From the NCBI GenBank assembly GCA_051294375.1, contig CM119264.1, positions 27,984,981 through 28,048,980 of the forward strand: a stretch of 64,000 nt of DNA, read 5' to 3'. This stretch comes from Paraspadella gotoi. Its lineage: Eukaryota > Animalia > Chaetognatha. A program made the position numbers and the translations under genes. Positions 1 through 14,849 of this stretch are shown here, piece by piece (the stretch's first letter is position 1; each line of letters starts with the position of its first letter). The notes beneath the pieces are model-generated. The model saw only the letters and a list, made by a program, of their open reading frames with translations, was not told the origin of the DNA and did not search any database.

Positions 1-440
1 TTTTTGACTTCTGCCATTATTTCCCTTATAATGGCCATTTGGTCTTCAAACCTGTTTTACCTGTTACCGTTTTACCCTTTTGCCTTAATGCACTTATTAC
101 TTATTTGCCATTATGCCATTTTTGGCCAAATTTTTGCCATTTTTGCCTTTTACCCTTTGGTCCTTATGCCCATAGTTTCTTTTTTAACCTCATTTCAAAC
201 TCACATTTTTGCTACAATACTGGCTTCGCCCTTACGCCCTTAAGTAATTTTGCTCATTGAGCTTCATCTATCCCTTTTAGTTTATTCCAAACAAAAAAAA
301 GAATTGAAATTGAATTCGATATTTAATAATCTTTTCAGAATTAAAGATTGTAACCGAAATCGGCATAAAATCCGTTAGTCCGGGTAAGACAAAAAAATAA
401 GCGAGGAGAAATTCGAACAAAAAACCAAAAAATGAAGAGT

Positions 441-515
<75 letters not shown>

Positions 516-708
516 AATGAAGGGAAAATAGGAAAGGAAATAAAAGGAAAGGGAATTCTTATGGGTTTTTGTAATTTCGTAATGGTGGCGAATTCCGTCG
601 GCCCAACTCTGTGCAGGCCAATTCGACTCTCCTTTGTTCGGATCGAGACGCACGAGTGAGAACGGATATTGTAAGGAAAAAGAGAAAAGAGAGAAGAGAA
701 GAGAGAGC

Positions 709-767
<59 letters not shown>

Positions 768-1256
768 GCCGAGAAAGGAAAGGCGGAAAAGAATAAAGAG
801 AAAATAAAAGGAATATGTTAAATCACAAATAATAGTAAAAAGGGATATTCGGTCAAGTATTTAAGTTTTAACTAAGTGTAATTTCCCTTTCTTTTCGTCT
901 AGTCTATTATACAGATGACTCAATAGTTAAATTTAATAACAAAAAGACCTCGATAGTCAATACAGCTTAAGTATTTCCAAAAAGATTCATGAACAATGAT
1001 AAATAGGGTACATGAGACAATGAGCGTGTGTGATTACGGATAATTTAACAAGAGAAATAATGATGTGAGAGCGTGAGGAAAAAAGTGGAGAGAAAGATCT
1101 GTCATAAACATCAGAGTGTGATAAAGACAATGCTAGAATAGTGAAGGAACGTGTGAAGTCGGATTGTGAAGATAGGCGTGAGAGAGACACATGAGGGTGA
1201 AAGTGGCAATTGGTGTGAAACGGAAGATTGAAAAAATTAAAAACAAGTGAGTGAAG

Positions 1257-1313
<57 letters not shown>

Positions 1314-1574
1314 AGAGGAGAGAGAGAGAGAGAGCGAAGAGAAATCTACTTTTATTCGTCGGATTTTGACAAGTTGAGATTTCAGGGACACTCTAAAATG
1401 TTTTTCGTTATTATCGAGTAATTGGATTTTTCTACAATATCATTTTTAGCCCGAAATTCGTTTTGTCTCATTACAGACAAGAGGGTAAATAATTATAACG
1501 TAAATGAGTCGTAATGACAGGGCTACGTAATTATATTATAACCCTTAGTCCTCTTTTCGTAGTTTTTTTACCTT

Positions 1575-1693
1575 TGTAGTTCAACAAATAATAAAATTAA
1601 TCCATTAAATCAGTAAATAGATGCCTATTGTTAGTTGCAAAGATAGATAGATAGAATAGATAGATAGATAGATAGATAGCATAGATAGATAGA

Positions 1694-1725
<32 letters not shown>

Positions 1726-1800
1726 GATACAATAGATCCTATTGTAGTGCAACAAATATACAAATTATTCCCATTAAATCAAGTTTAATAGATCCTATTG
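1575..1800. repeat. (GATA)n microsatellite (1641-1725) embedded in a ~55-60-bp direct repeat
   Basis: CAACAAATA..AAATTA.TCCATTAAATCA...ATAGAT.CCTATTG occurs on both sides of the GATA run. Confidence 0.7.
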
Positions 1801-2670
1801 CCGCATATATTTTGGACAGGCTAAAGCTTAAATATTTGCCTATGGTAAGAATAGGGATCGCATCCAATAACAGATTTATAACTTAGTAAATATTAATTTT
1901 GAAAAGTAATCATTATTATTAAAATAGTGTTAATTAAAGTAAATCATGACCGTGGGAAACAATTTCGACGACGACGAGCCAGGTAAACCACAATCAATAC
2001 ACACAACAAACAAAGAGAGAAACATTTGGGGCCAATTTTTTTTTCTGCGGGAAAAAAGGAAAAGTTTGGAAGCAAAAAAATCGCCAAAGGAAAAAAACGT
2101 GAATCGAAATCGCAGAGGCTTCATAAAAACTCTCCAATGCAATCTCGACCTTGGATTGAGAGACGAGAGAGAGAGACAGAGAGAAGAGAGAGAGAGAGAA
2201 GAGAGAGAGAGAGGAGAGAAGAGAGAGAAGAGAGAGAAGGAGACGAGAGAGAGAGAGGAAGAAAGTGACAAGTAAGAAATCCAAAGCCAACGAGGTCAAA
2301 TACTGTTCTGTACCTTGGTTCGTGAAGAGAATAGAGTCAGTCAAAGAAGCGTACTATGAAGAAGCTCAGACACTTTTTGTCTCTCTCCTCTGTCTCACTC
2401 TCTCTCTCCCTCACTCTCCCTCTCCCTCTCTTCGCGATTGTGTTCGGCCTGCGTATAAGCATTGAAACAAGGATGAATCGCGGGGTTTCGGGTTCGAGAT
2501 TAAAATCTGGCCAACGGTTCGCAAGAATGGGCAGATTAAAGTCCAATTATGGGAAACCTTTTTGATCGCGGGGGACTGGACCGGCGTAGGTGAATGAGAG
2601 GTTGTGAAGGGGGAGGTGAGAGAGAGAGAGAGAGAGAGAGAAGAGAGAGAGGAAGAGAGAAGAGAGAGAG

Positions 2671-2741
<71 letters not shown>

Positions 2742-3589
2742 AGAGAAGAGAGAGAAAACAAATCGCTGCCGAGCCACTCGATTTCGGTGATAAAAAAGAC
2801 GAGCAAAAACGAGTTGGCCGTTGCCAATTAGGAGGAGAAAGAAGGAAAGGGAACTGAGGGGAGAAAGAAAAAGAAAAAAAAAGAAAAGAGGGTCGGGGGA
2901 GAAAAAACAAATGGAGGAAAAGAAAAAGGAAAAAGGAAAAAATAAGAGAAGGGAGGAAAGAAAGAGGAAAATAGACAATGCGGGAAAGACTCATAACAGG
3001 GAGAGTGGAAAAATGAGAAAGAGAAAAAATAGAGTGTTTTAAAACCCGCCGAGCGTTTGTTTAGAACATTGAATGCGGGTGAGTTGCCGGTAACATTAAC
3101 CTTCTTGGGCTGGACTGGGTTTTGATCTAAATCAATGAATTAGGCAATTCTGCGCCAACGAAATTGGGCGAGGAAATATACGTATTAATGTAATTTTTGA
3201 AAAGCTTCAGAAATAGTTTGAGGTTCTTTTGTCAACAACGGTTAACGAAATTTTCTTGAATCATTATTAAAGGTAACACAAGTTTGCATCTTTTAGCTTA
3301 CGTCTTCATAAGGAGTACAAACTTGTACTGTATACAGCAATACGGACGACATGCTAAACTGAAAGAAGGTTTTAAGTGTATCTCTGCTTCGCTGGCGGTT
3401 TTAAAGAAAAGTAATCCACTTTAGTTTAATCTTAGCTAATTTTGGATAAGAGAAATTGTTTCGCTTTCGAACGAAGAAATCATAGTCTGTTACAAGTCTC
3501 GAGTTGAGCGGGACTGAGATGTTAAAAAGAAAAAGTTAGAAGATAAATATAATTCCAAGAAGAACAAGTTTTAATGAATATACAAACAG

Positions 3590-3890
3590 AAAGAAAAAGA
3601 AAAGTTTCTGATATAAGTTCGGGAGAAGTCGAAAAAAAGTGTTTGACGGAGTTAAATATAAAAAAATTTTGAAGGAAGTAGGAAGCCAAAAAGAATTAAA
3701 TAGAAGTATGGATAAAAAAAGAGAGTTGCATGAAGTTTTTAGAGAAGTAAGAGAAGAATCAAATAAACGTTTATAGAAAAAATGAGAAGTTTGAATGAAG
3801 TTGTCTAGAGAAGTAAGAGATAAATCAAACAGAAAATTTTAATATGAAAAAAGAGAAGTTGAATGAAGTTGTCCTAGAGAAGTTTGGAGA
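3590..3890. repeat. Degenerate purine-rich minisatellite, unit about 65-70 bp
   Basis: Recurring AAAAAGAGAAGTTGAATGAAGTT...TAGAGAAGTAAGAGA..AATCAAA. Confidence 0.6.
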
Positions 3891-6776
3891 GAAAGTAAAA
3901 TTGAAGAAGAAGTGGGAAAGTCGAAGTGGATAAGAAATTGCAGAAGAGCTGAAGAGAGGAATAAATTGAAATCTAAAAATCGAATTTATTCATTTCCTCC
4001 CTCCTCCATGACCCGGGTTTTTCACTATGCTCTCCTCCGTCTCCTCTCATGCTCTCCCTTCTCACTTCTCTCTCTCCTCTCTCTCCTCTCTCTTCCTCTC
4101 TCTCGACTCCTCTCTCATCTCTGCCACCGCGGCTAAAATATCCCCTAAGAAAACCCCATTCTCCATTTCGAATAAAAAAAATCCGCGAGAAAAAAAAATT
4201 CATTTTTATTTTGAAGGCAAACAAAATTCATTTCCGATTTTCGACGACTCAATTCTCGGGATTTTTTCTTTTGTTTTTATTATTTTTATTTTTTTCTTCT
4301 TAAGTTTTTTTTTTTTTTTTTACTTAGGCTGAAGAAAACGGAACGGATATCGAAGTACATTTTTCTATTTAAAGATACATTTGGTAACCTCGTGTGAGTT
4401 ATTTCGTTCTGTCGAAAAAGTATTTATCCTGGCCTCTCTTTTATAAATCTCCACCATTCTGATCCTTCTTACTACTTAACCTAGACACTTAACCTTGAAA
4501 ATTCTTTTAAGATATATTAATATTTTACCACTTAATACTGTTACCAAACCTATTGCTAATCCCCTAACCTTAATTCATAATTCTAAATTCTAACCCGAAA
4601 CCTGAACCACTTATCCAAATCTCTAAACCTCATATTAAATAAATATCAATAAATAAATATAATATTCATTTAACGCTTTTTCATTATATCTTGATAACAC
4701 TTTATTCACCGAATTTAAAGATAAAAATCCGGGTAATTATGTGGAGAATTTGAACAGATTTCCTAGCAATTAATGGTATAATGCCTGAAAATTGCTTGCA
4801 AGGGGACAATGAACTTTCATTATCGTAAACAAGATTCGCGCTCTGACGATATAGTTAATTTATTAAAACTATAAATACTTAACAATAATAAATACTAGGA
4901 TGGCAGCGATGAAAGACTGAGTCGAGTATAAAATTGTTTTTTGCCTGCCAATCGGTATATGTATTGTTCCCGGATAATATGACAAAACATTTTTGTACTA
5001 TACGATAAATCATAATATCCTGGAGAAATTATTAAGTGTTTAATCTTACTCAAAATCAATATATTTGTTCTCAAGAGCTCCAACTCTAATAAATACACAC
5101 AAGACGACACCTCACGCACAAATTGGCCACAGTGCCAAAATGCGCTGCGAAACCCATATTTTTTAAAGGACTCTTTGCGTAGTTATTTGGAGAGATAAAT
5201 ACCTCAAGAGAATTTTCAAATAGATCATTTAAAAAAATACGTATGAATGAACACGAACAATGATTACTTTAATAAATCCTTTTTATAATTTATTATCTTA
5301 TATAGTCAGAAATAAACTTAATAATCGTTCATAAGCAATACAGAAGCTATCAAGTTCAAACCAACTATATAATCAGACTATTCTAACTCCCAAACGAACC
5401 GAACAACTCTCAAGAAAGAAAATAAAAATTAAAAAAGAAACATAAACCATAAAAAAAATAGGATAAAAGAGAAAAGGTAGAAAATGAGTTTTGGAAAGCA
5501 AGGCCCGAATCCCAAGACTTATCAATTGTGAATTCGAAAGAAAAGAAAGAAAATGAAGGAAAGAAAAGGAAAAAAAAGAAAGGAAAATGTAGAAAAGATA
5601 AGACCAGCAAAGAACAAAGGAAAAAGGATAAATTAGCAGACAAAGAGTGGCGATACAGCGGAAGGTACAGTAAAAAATAAAAGAAAAAAGAAAAGAAAAG
5701 AAAATTTGTCGCTAAGGTGTCATCGACGAGAAAATTTCTACAAAAAAAGTTAAAATCACAGGTAAAATATCACGTACTAGACTTATTCTAAAAATAATAG
5801 TCAATAACTCTAATAATAAGAAGAGGATATACTATGTTCTATTAATAGATTTAGGTTGATCAATCTCATCATATTTTTTTTATGACATATCATATAATAT
5901 AATTAGAAATTGGTAACAATGTCAATAGGCAACAAAATGTCAAAGACATATTCAGAAATGAGTTATATCCATTTCGACCACAAAAGAAAGGGAATGTTCT
6001 CATGAGAGAGTACTTATCATCCATCCTATATTGAAGAGAGGGTTAAAGAGAAGAGATAGCAGAGAAGAAGAGAGAGAGGAGAGAGAGAGAGAGAGAGCAG
6101 AGAGTAGAGAGATAGAAAGGATCGTTTTCTCCAACAATCTCTCACAATCTTCTGTGAACGATGGATTCTCGCCTCTCCTTTATCTCTTTCCCCATTTCAG
6201 ATCATTAGAAATTTACGAGTTTAGTTAGAGCAGGAACGAAGCTGTACTCTCTCATCTACACAATCTCTCTCTCTGCTCTCTCTCTCTCTCTCTCTCTCTC
6301 ATCTCGTCCTCTCTCTCTCTCTCTCTCTCTCATCTCTCTCTTTCCTACTCTCTATCCTCTTTTCAAAGAGTCGATCTTCTAATCGTGATAACCAAACACG
6401 ATAACGATTCAGCTCCTTCCACCTCCCACACGGACTTATCGCCTCAAACTTCCATAGTATACGCTGCATATAATCACCCGCGAATTCCCTGGATTGAGAT
6501 TCCGAGATCGAGTTTCCACATCGCGGAAAGACGACAAGCGAAAAGGCGTCGGAGCATTTCTGAGAAATGAAAGTTCATTCTGAGAAATGGGGAAACTTCG
6601 GCAGAGTTTTACATGGGAAAAGGAAAAAAAACCCCCCCCAAATGAGATAAGGTGGGCCAAATATGGGGAAAAGGCGCAGTCCACACTACACAAGGCTCAA
6701 GCGTCCAAATGGTTTCATCAACAGGAGACGTCGGCGACTTTCCGGTAATGCGGGTTACAGGATCAACAGCCAGCCC

Positions 6777-6839
6777 CTATTTAACTTGTTTGGCCTTCCT
6801 CTTCCTCGCTTCCTTCATCTTCTGGAGACAGAGCTGGAT
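6777..6839 (-). CDS. Putative terminal coding exon (IQLCLQKMKEARKRKAKQVK*) of the same gene
   Basis: AG acceptor at 6841-6840. A phase-0 join to the donor at 7153 gives a continuous amphipathic/basic helix and a TAG stop at 6779-6777. The acceptor lacks a polypyrimidine tract. Confidence 0.4.
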   Translation of the reverse strand: MQLCLQKMKEARKRKAKQVK

Positions 6840-7152
6840 CTATCCTAATCTATCTATCTAATCTATCTATCTTATCTTTATCTATTATCTATCTACTATC
6901 TATCTAATCTATCTATCTATCTTCGCCCCCCGTCCGAATAAGCCTCGCCTTTTTCCTTTCTTTCTCTTCAGTTACTCTTTTTCTCTTTTTCTTCTTTCTT
7001 CTTTTTTCTCTTTTCCTTCTTTTCTTGAGCATCTTTCTCCTCGTCTAGCTCCCTTCCTCTCCTCTGCATTTCTCTTTTCTCCATCCTTCCCCCCCCTTTT
7101 CCCTCTCTCCGCCCCCTCTCACCCCTACTCCATCCCCCTCAAAAAAACTCAC

Positions 7153-8524
7153 CTGAGCGAGGACACGGCGAAGGGGGTGGTCCAAGTTCCTGCTGAGGAA
7201 GACCACGGCCTCAATTTCCCTCATCCGTCGACGGAAGTCGATGACGTCATCAGAAAAAACTGAGTACGAACAAAAGACGCAAGCGTCGTCGTCGTCGTCG
7301 TCGTCGTCGTCGCTTATTCTTCTTGTCGGTCCGTCGTCTTCCAATCGTTCCGCCCGGCTTCCGTTCTTCGTCGTCGTCGTCCGTCAGCATCGTCGACGTC
7401 GTCTTCATCGTCGGTTTCTCTCCATCCCTCCCCCCCGCCACAACGCCTATCTTTCCGGTGGGCGTGGCTTTGTTTTTTGTGTTGGTCGCTTCGCCTCTCG
7501 ATCGCCGCCAATCTTTGTTGACGTCGTCGTCCGTCGTCCCGTCGTCGTCGTCGTCGTCGCTCGGTTTTTTTTCGATGATGCAGATGTTTTGAAAGCGTTG
7601 GGTCGATGTTCAGGCTTAGGCGGCCAAGGCTTCAGTTAGGAAATACCAGGTGCTTCAGAGGCAGGCGGCGGCGGCGGCAGCGGCGGCAGCGGCGGCAGCG
7701 GCGGCAAGCGGCGCAGGCGGCGGCAGCGGCGGCGCGGCGGCAGCGGGCGGCCACGCGGTTGCGATTTCCATTTCCAGAGGTGAAGTTTGACACCCGATCG
7801 ACTCTCGCCTGCGGATCCCAGGTCAGTTTTCACTCTTCTAACCAACTTTGGTGAGTTTCGTCGAGATCCACAGTCGTCGTCGTCTTCTCTTCGCTCGCTG
7901 CAGCGACGGCAGTTGGTAAGATTTTTCGTCGCGTCTTCATCCAGCGGCGGGTAAGTTCGCCGAGGGTTGCGGCGGCGGAGGTGAAAGAGGTGGAGACGGG
8001 AGGTAATGTTCGAGACAGGGACGAGAAAGTTAAAGCGAGTCGAGCAGAAAAATCAACGGCGACGGCGCATTCCCGCGGAAAGGCCTCCGGCGAAATTCGT
8101 CCAACCCGGCGGACGACCAGATTGAGGCGAGAAAGAATGCTGGTCAACGCGATCGCCGTTGCCAACCCACCCGGGGATTTCGGTCCTTCGACCCCCGGGA
8201 CCCGATTTAATCCCCCCCGGGGTCGAAGAAGGCGAGGGAGAAGAACGGAGATCGGGAATCGGGGGCGCTGGTGGTGAAATTAAGGGCAGGGAGGGTCGCT
8301 CGGGCCGCCGGACGAGCCGTTTGGGGGTCGGCCGAAGATCGGGGCTGACAACCCGCGGGGCTGAAGGACGCGAGCCTTCCGGGCAGGGGATGTCCCTCGA
8401 TGGCTTTCCGGTTTCGCGGGGCAGATGGTTGGGGAGAAGAAAGGAAGACCGGGACGACAGACGACGACGACGGGACGATGAGGAACGACGATGAGAACAT
8501 TCGAAACGCGACGAATTCTCAATC
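7153..8524 (-). CDS. Probable large exon of a host gene: Pro/Ser/Arg-rich disordered protein with a polyproline run and a helical C-terminal segment; frameshifted in this assembly
   Basis: GC-rich 1.4-kb block between microsatellites. Overlapping minus ORFs (8053-8676, 7830-8165, 7636-7845, 7045-7344) read as one frameshifted protein including PPLPPLPPLPPPPP and ...DDVIDFRRRMREIEAVVFLSRNLDHPLRRVLAQ. It ends at a consensus donor CAG|GTGAGT (7153/7152), in frame with ORF 7045-7344. The 5' boundary is approximate. Confidence 0.55.
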
Positions 8525-8533
8525 TTCCGGTTT

Positions 8534-8588
<55 letters not shown>

Positions 8589-11500
8589 AGAGAGAGAGAA
8601 GAAGAGAGAGAGAGAGAGAGAGAGAGGCAGCGAGGAAGGGAGCTTCTTCCCTCTTCCTTTTTCCGTTTGAATCCAAGGTTTTTTTTTCGCTTTTATTCTC
8701 TCTTTTTTCTCTTTCTTTTCTTCGCGTCGTCCGTCGTCTCGGGTCGTCGTCGTCGTTGTCGTGATAACATTTCGGCGGATTGGTTTCCAGTTTCGTCGTG
8801 ATTCTTTATTTCCTTTTTTTTTTTTTTCTGATTCTGAAAAATCAAAAGAACAAGTTAAGCCTTTTAAGCCCTAAGGCAGTTCTACGAAAAGCCCTTTTGT
8901 CAAAAAAATGAACAGAATCTCCTGATTATTCAAATATGAAATGGTAAATTTTTTTATACTTTGAAACTATATCACACAAGAGTGCCGAACAATGGTGTAA
9001 ATAAACCATTCCTTTATAATTTATAACAGTAAAGATAGTTTTTTTATAAGCAATTTTATCTTTCAAAAATCTTGTCCATTTTTGTCGCATTTTCAGTTTG
9101 GCCACTCACTTTTCAAGGTGACAGATCAAAAAGAAAAAAATTTTTTTACTTTCGCTTTTGGGTTCGCCCTTCATGGTTCTTTCTACTGGGTAAAAGCATT
9201 TTTGTTAAATGATTCACGTTTTGTTCTGCAAATGAATTTTTTAAAATGGTTAGTCAAAAATGGTATTTTTTTCATTTGCACAATCATTTTTACTAACTGA
9301 ACATTTTTAAATTAAATGAAACTAATGCAAAATATTCCCCACATGATAAGCTAATATATCTGTAATATAAGAAATAAGCTTCATAGGCGTTTTCTTAAAA
9401 AAAAATTTTTTAGATGTCTTTGAATTTGTGATTTTTTGTGATTGTAGTTTATTTTCAATTTCCGAACTTTAAGGTTATTTGTTTTTAATAGTTTTTATTA
9501 GTTGGACTAGGTATTATTCTTATAAATCTTAAAAAACAGCATCAAATTTTTGACGTTATCTTAAAGCATCAGGACTAATTTTTTAATCATTTTTCCGCGT
9601 GTCGACAACGATTTTGCGGAAATTTTTCCGCAAAATTCTGTCGACTTTAAAACAACTAATCTGCGGAAATAAATATAAAAGAAATAAATATAAAAACAAA
9701 GCGTCGAGGCGAAAATTATTAATTCCGGGTGATCGCTGGAAATGAAGAGCAAGAAGATGAAAAAAATATATATTCCTTCTTTTACGGAAAAGGAAAAATT
9801 ATTAATCGTAACAATACATTAATTTATTTGAAGTATTTATTAATCTAATTTATTTATTTATTTAATTTATTTATTTGTTTATTTAACTAAACAAGATTAA
9901 TACAAAGGCTAAATCACATTGGAGCCCAGAAGCATTCTCTAGCGACTCCATTGGCGGAGAGCTATAAAACTGTTTCCGCTAACGTTATTGGTCGTTGCTT
10001 GAATTAGCATTCTTTTTTTTTACGGGTCAACCACAATAACAGAGTCGTAAGTTCGTTGTCCTGACGTTATCACCGTCAGGATAAGATATCGATCTAACTT
10101 CAAGTTTTAAATTCCGAAGGACGCCGATTGGTCGATTTCGTCATCCACCGAAAATGAATATTTTGATCCAATCAGAAATGCGGGATTTAGTCGTTAGAAG
10201 ATGCTCATCTTTGTAGCGAATTAAAGTAATTAAAGTATCTGGCGCCTCTTGAGTCTTGGCTCTCTCTCTCTCTCTCTTCTCTCTCTTTCTCTCTCTCTCT
10301 CCATCTCTCTCTCTCCTCTCTCTCTCTATCCTCCTCTTCTCTTCTCTCATCTCTCTCTCTTCCTCTCTCTCTTTTTTTTTGTTTTCCGNNNNNNNNNNNN
10401 NNNNNNNNNNNNNTCCAGTTTCTCATTGGATTCGCCCGATGTAAAACTGGTTGTCAACGCTGAAAGATGGGCGACGGGAGAAAAGAAAGAAAAAAGAAAA
10501 AAGTAACGTTGGGTAATGAGAAAAGTACGAATGTCAAAGACAGATGCCGAAAAAAGGAAAAAAGGAAAAAAAGGAAAAAAGGAAAAGAGAAAGAAGAAAT
10601 CAAGAAAAGAGAAATAAGAAATTAAGAAAAAAAAAATAAGCAAAAGAAAGGAAAGAAAAAAAGGGGGAAAAGGAAAAGAAAAAAAGGAAAAATTATAAAT
10701 TAATTAGAGGAAAATGGCACATTTAAAATGTAAGACGATCATTCGATTAATTATTTATTCTATCAAAGGTATACATATTTTACATTATCACTTCCTGGTC
10801 ATTTCATAGTAGAAAGAAGACATTAAAGAGTCGGGGGGGTAAAATAGGTTTAAAGAAGAGAAAAAGAAATTTAAGAGACGAAAAAAGTGAGAAACGAGAG
10901 AAGTTAACGACTTTTGGTTGACAGGGATGAAGTCAAGTTGAGTTGGAAGGCTGAAGGAGAGAGAGAAGAGAGAGAGAAGAGAGAGAGAGAGACGAGAGAC
11001 GAGAGAGACGAGAGGAGAGGAGAGAGAGAGAGGCCGAGGCGTAGAGTTCTAGATCACCAGGCCGCTGCATGTTCCCGCCACGCTAACCCAGCCCCGAGAG
11101 TTACACGGTCAGCCAGCCCGCTTGCTTCGGTTGGGCGAAAAATTAAGAATAACAGATTAACGATATAAAAAACAAAAAAAAAACTCGTTTTCCAAGAGTT
11201 TATTATTCGGGCGTTAAATGAATTTATAAATGAATTTATAAAATTAACCATGATTAACTTTCAAATCTAATTAGAAGATAAAATTTAAGAAACGGAGTGG
11301 AAGAGCAAAATAAAATTTGGGAGAGAATCGTTTGGATGATGAATTTCTGATTAGTTAAAATTAGTTAATTCAGTCAAAATTCGCGGAGCAACTCAAAAAT
11401 GTCAGTTGTCGGTCCGTCGGTCTGTCCACCTTACGTTAGTTTTATGCTCATTCGTTAACCTCGACTGATCGTCACTGGGTCGGAACTCACTTTAGAATTT

Positions 11501-11969
11501 CCGTTCTTATTTTGTGATAAATTTGTTTAATATTTTCGAGAAAAAAAATTTGAAACGGAAATTCCCTCAAAAAAAAAAAAAGGTAAAACGATTTTAGATT
11601 GTCCGGAAAATTTGATTCAAAATTGATTAACAAACTTTTTCGGTGACACGCGATTTGTTATAAATTGGCAAAATATTTTTTTTGTTTTATAATCTTAAAA
11701 TTATTATTATTTTTGGTTACATTATTTTTACCCGATTCTCGACGTCAATGCAACGATAACGAAAATGATGACGAAGAAAATCAAAAAGACGACAACGAAG
11801 AGGACGACAATAACGACGACGCCGATGACGACGAGGACGCCGATGACTACGACGACGACGACGACGCCGATGATGACGACGACGACGACGACGACGACGC
11901 AGTCTGACGTTCTAAAGCGAGGACGAAATTCGTAACCAAATCTTGCTAACAGATAAAAAGCTTAATTTC

Positions 11970-12510
11970 AAAGAACGAAGGAACGAAAGAACGAACGAAG
12001 GAACAAAGAAAAGAACGAAGGAACGAACTAAGAAAAAAACAAAGGAACGAACGAAGGAACGAAGGAACGAAGGAACAAAGGAACGAATGAAGGAAGAAAC
12101 GAAAGAACGAAGGAAAGAAGGAATGAAAGAACAAACGAAGGAACAAAGAAATTAACGAAGGAAGGAACAAAGGAACGAACGATGGAAAGAACGAAGGAAC
12201 CAACAAAGGATAGAATAAAGGAACGAAGGAACGAACGAAGGAACGAACAAAGGAAAGAACAATGGAACGAAGGAACGAAGGAACGAACGAAGAAACAAAG
12301 AAATGAACCAAGGAACAAGCTAAGAAAAAAACAAGCAACGAACGAAGGAACAAAGGAACGAACGATGGAAAGAACAAGGAACGAACAAAGGAAAGAACAA
12401 AGGTAAGAACAAAAGAACGAAGGAACGAAGGAACGAACGAAGGAACAAACGAAGGAACGAACAAAGGAAAGAACAAATGAACTAAGGGACGAACGAAGGA
12501 ACGAACGAAC
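11970..12510. repeat. Degenerate (GAAC/GAAG)n array
   Basis: Repeated GAAGGAAC/GAACAAAG units. Confidence 0.9.
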
Positions 12511-12579
12511 TAATCGTATATATGTTATCTACTTTTGCTAGACTTGAATTTTTAACCCTTCATATAATTAATCCTTATT

Positions 12580-12587
12580 ATATTATT

Positions 12588-12680
<93 letters not shown>

Positions 12681-12700
12681 ATTATTATTATTATTATATT
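12580..12700. repeat. (ATT)n microsatellite
   Basis: Direct inspection. Confidence 0.95.
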
Positions 12701-12889
12701 ATTAACCCTTATTATACATTAAAACTAAGGCCAAAATTCTGGATTCAATTGAAACCTCTTAGGTAATTTTACGATCGGCTTGGGAGTTATTGAGTGCGCT
12801 CCTCTCTCTGCCGAAGCCCACGGGTGAAATACACTTTTCTCAAAGCTTTTAAGTTAAGGGAGAGAGACGGGAATTGGAGTAGAGAGATT

Positions 12890-12930
<41 letters not shown>

Positions 12931-13126
12931 GAGAGAGAGGAGAGAGAGAGAGAGAGAGAGAGCCTATCTGGAACGCCACAGAAAAATCTTATGACGATCT
13001 CATTGAGGGATGTAAAATATGTCAGCGCGTCCCACTCAACGAAGGATTTAGAGGAAATTGAACACACCGATTTTCCTCGTGTTGGTTTTTGTCGCCTGAA
13101 ATTGGAGAGAGCAAAGAGAAAAGAGA

Positions 13127-13159
<33 letters not shown>

Positions 13160-13332
13160 AGAGAAGACGGAGGAGAGGAGGGAGAGAGAGAGGAGGGGGA
13201 GAGGAGAGAGGGGGGATTGAGGCACAGAGAAAGAGAGACCTACTAAACAAGACAAACGACTAGAAATACTTAACAGACAAAAAACAGAAGCGTAATTTTA
13301 GTTTTCAAAATTTTCTCTCTCTCTCTCTTTCT

Positions 13333-13363
<31 letters not shown>

Positions 13364-13719
13364 ACCGCGTTTCTCATCTCTCTGCCTCTCTCTCTCTCCT
13401 TTGTCTCTCTCCTCCATGTCACTCTCCGTCTCTCGTCATCCGGCGGTCTCTCTCTCTCTCTCTCTCTCTCTCCCTCTCTCCACACAAATAACTCCCAAAA
13501 TAGAGTAATCCTCTCGGAATACAAAACTAAAAAGTGTCTGCGATGAATATGTTTGTTATTTTTCAGCGCCACCTGCAGTACACGAGGAAAAGCAAGAACG
13601 GTTTAAACAGTAAGAAAGACAAAAAAGGGAAAAACAAAATAGATATACAAATTAAAAGGAAGAAAGTAAGAGAGAAAGAATTGAAGAATTAAAGAAAGAG
13701 AGAAAGAAAAAAAGAAAAA

Positions 13720-13802
<83 letters not shown>

Positions 13803-14681
13803 GAAAGAAAATAAAGATTAAGAGATGAGGTCGGCGAGTCCCCGTTCATAAATAAACTGCGCGGGGAAACCTTGACATCGAAATCCCCGGGGATTTTCCC
13901 TTCAATCTCGAAACGGAATATGTGAGACTCGATTCGCGGTCGAGAAACGTGAGACTCAGTTAAGTGAGACACGAGTTAATCGCATCACGGGAAATGTGAA
14001 TCGCCCAATTGCCGTCGTGAACTTGGATGGTGAAGAGCTTCATCATCGAGGAGAGGATGAACGAGAATATTTTTGAGAAAATTCTAAAAATATTTTAACG
14101 TGTTTTTTTTTTAAATCAAAACATTTTTTATTAAAATTAAAAAGTTTTAAAATGAATATACTTATTGTAATTTTGGGAAATTTGTCAGAATCTAAATATA
14201 TATAGCCTCGGAAAAGAGAGCCCGAGCTTTACAAGGGATGTTTAGCCAAAGAAAAAAAAAGAAAGACAAAAAAAGAAAGAACGATAACCACGAGACTTAT
14301 ACGTAAAGGACTAGTATATATTATATTTAATGTCCAAGGTCGTTTTATTGCATCTTATTCTTTCTTTCATCACTGCTTTAACCTCTTTCTTTTTTTGCCT
14401 AAATGCTAATCATTTTATTCGTCAAAATGTTGTCACAAAGAGAACTAAAATATTCAAATTGACGATAAGAAAATAAGGAGGCTTTTTCTAAAGGGAATNN
14501 NNNNNNNNNNNNNNNNNNNNNNNCACACTATAAAAATCTACTTTACTTTGAAAGAACAATTACAATTATTTCAACTGTCACATTCTTGGTCTCGTGAGTT
14601 CCCGTCTTCTCATTTTTTTCTTGTCAAATCTTTGCCTTCTAATCTTTCACTCTTTCCTCTTTCTCCTCTTCTCTTTCTCTG

Positions 14682-14725
<44 letters not shown>

Positions 14726-14849
14726 CTCTCGCACTCTCTTCTTTCCTTCTTTCTCCTCCTCTCTCTCATCCCCTTTTTAACCGTCGTCCCAGCTTTGTTC
14801 ATCTCTTCAAAACAGTTTTGTCCGCCCATTTAGTGTTGTATTGAACTAA

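Noticed and set aside
9915-9995. CCAAT/TATA promoter-like motifs (and the GTCACGTGAC E-box at 63439-63448)
   Set aside because: Short motifs with no linked transcription unit; not supportable from sequence alone.
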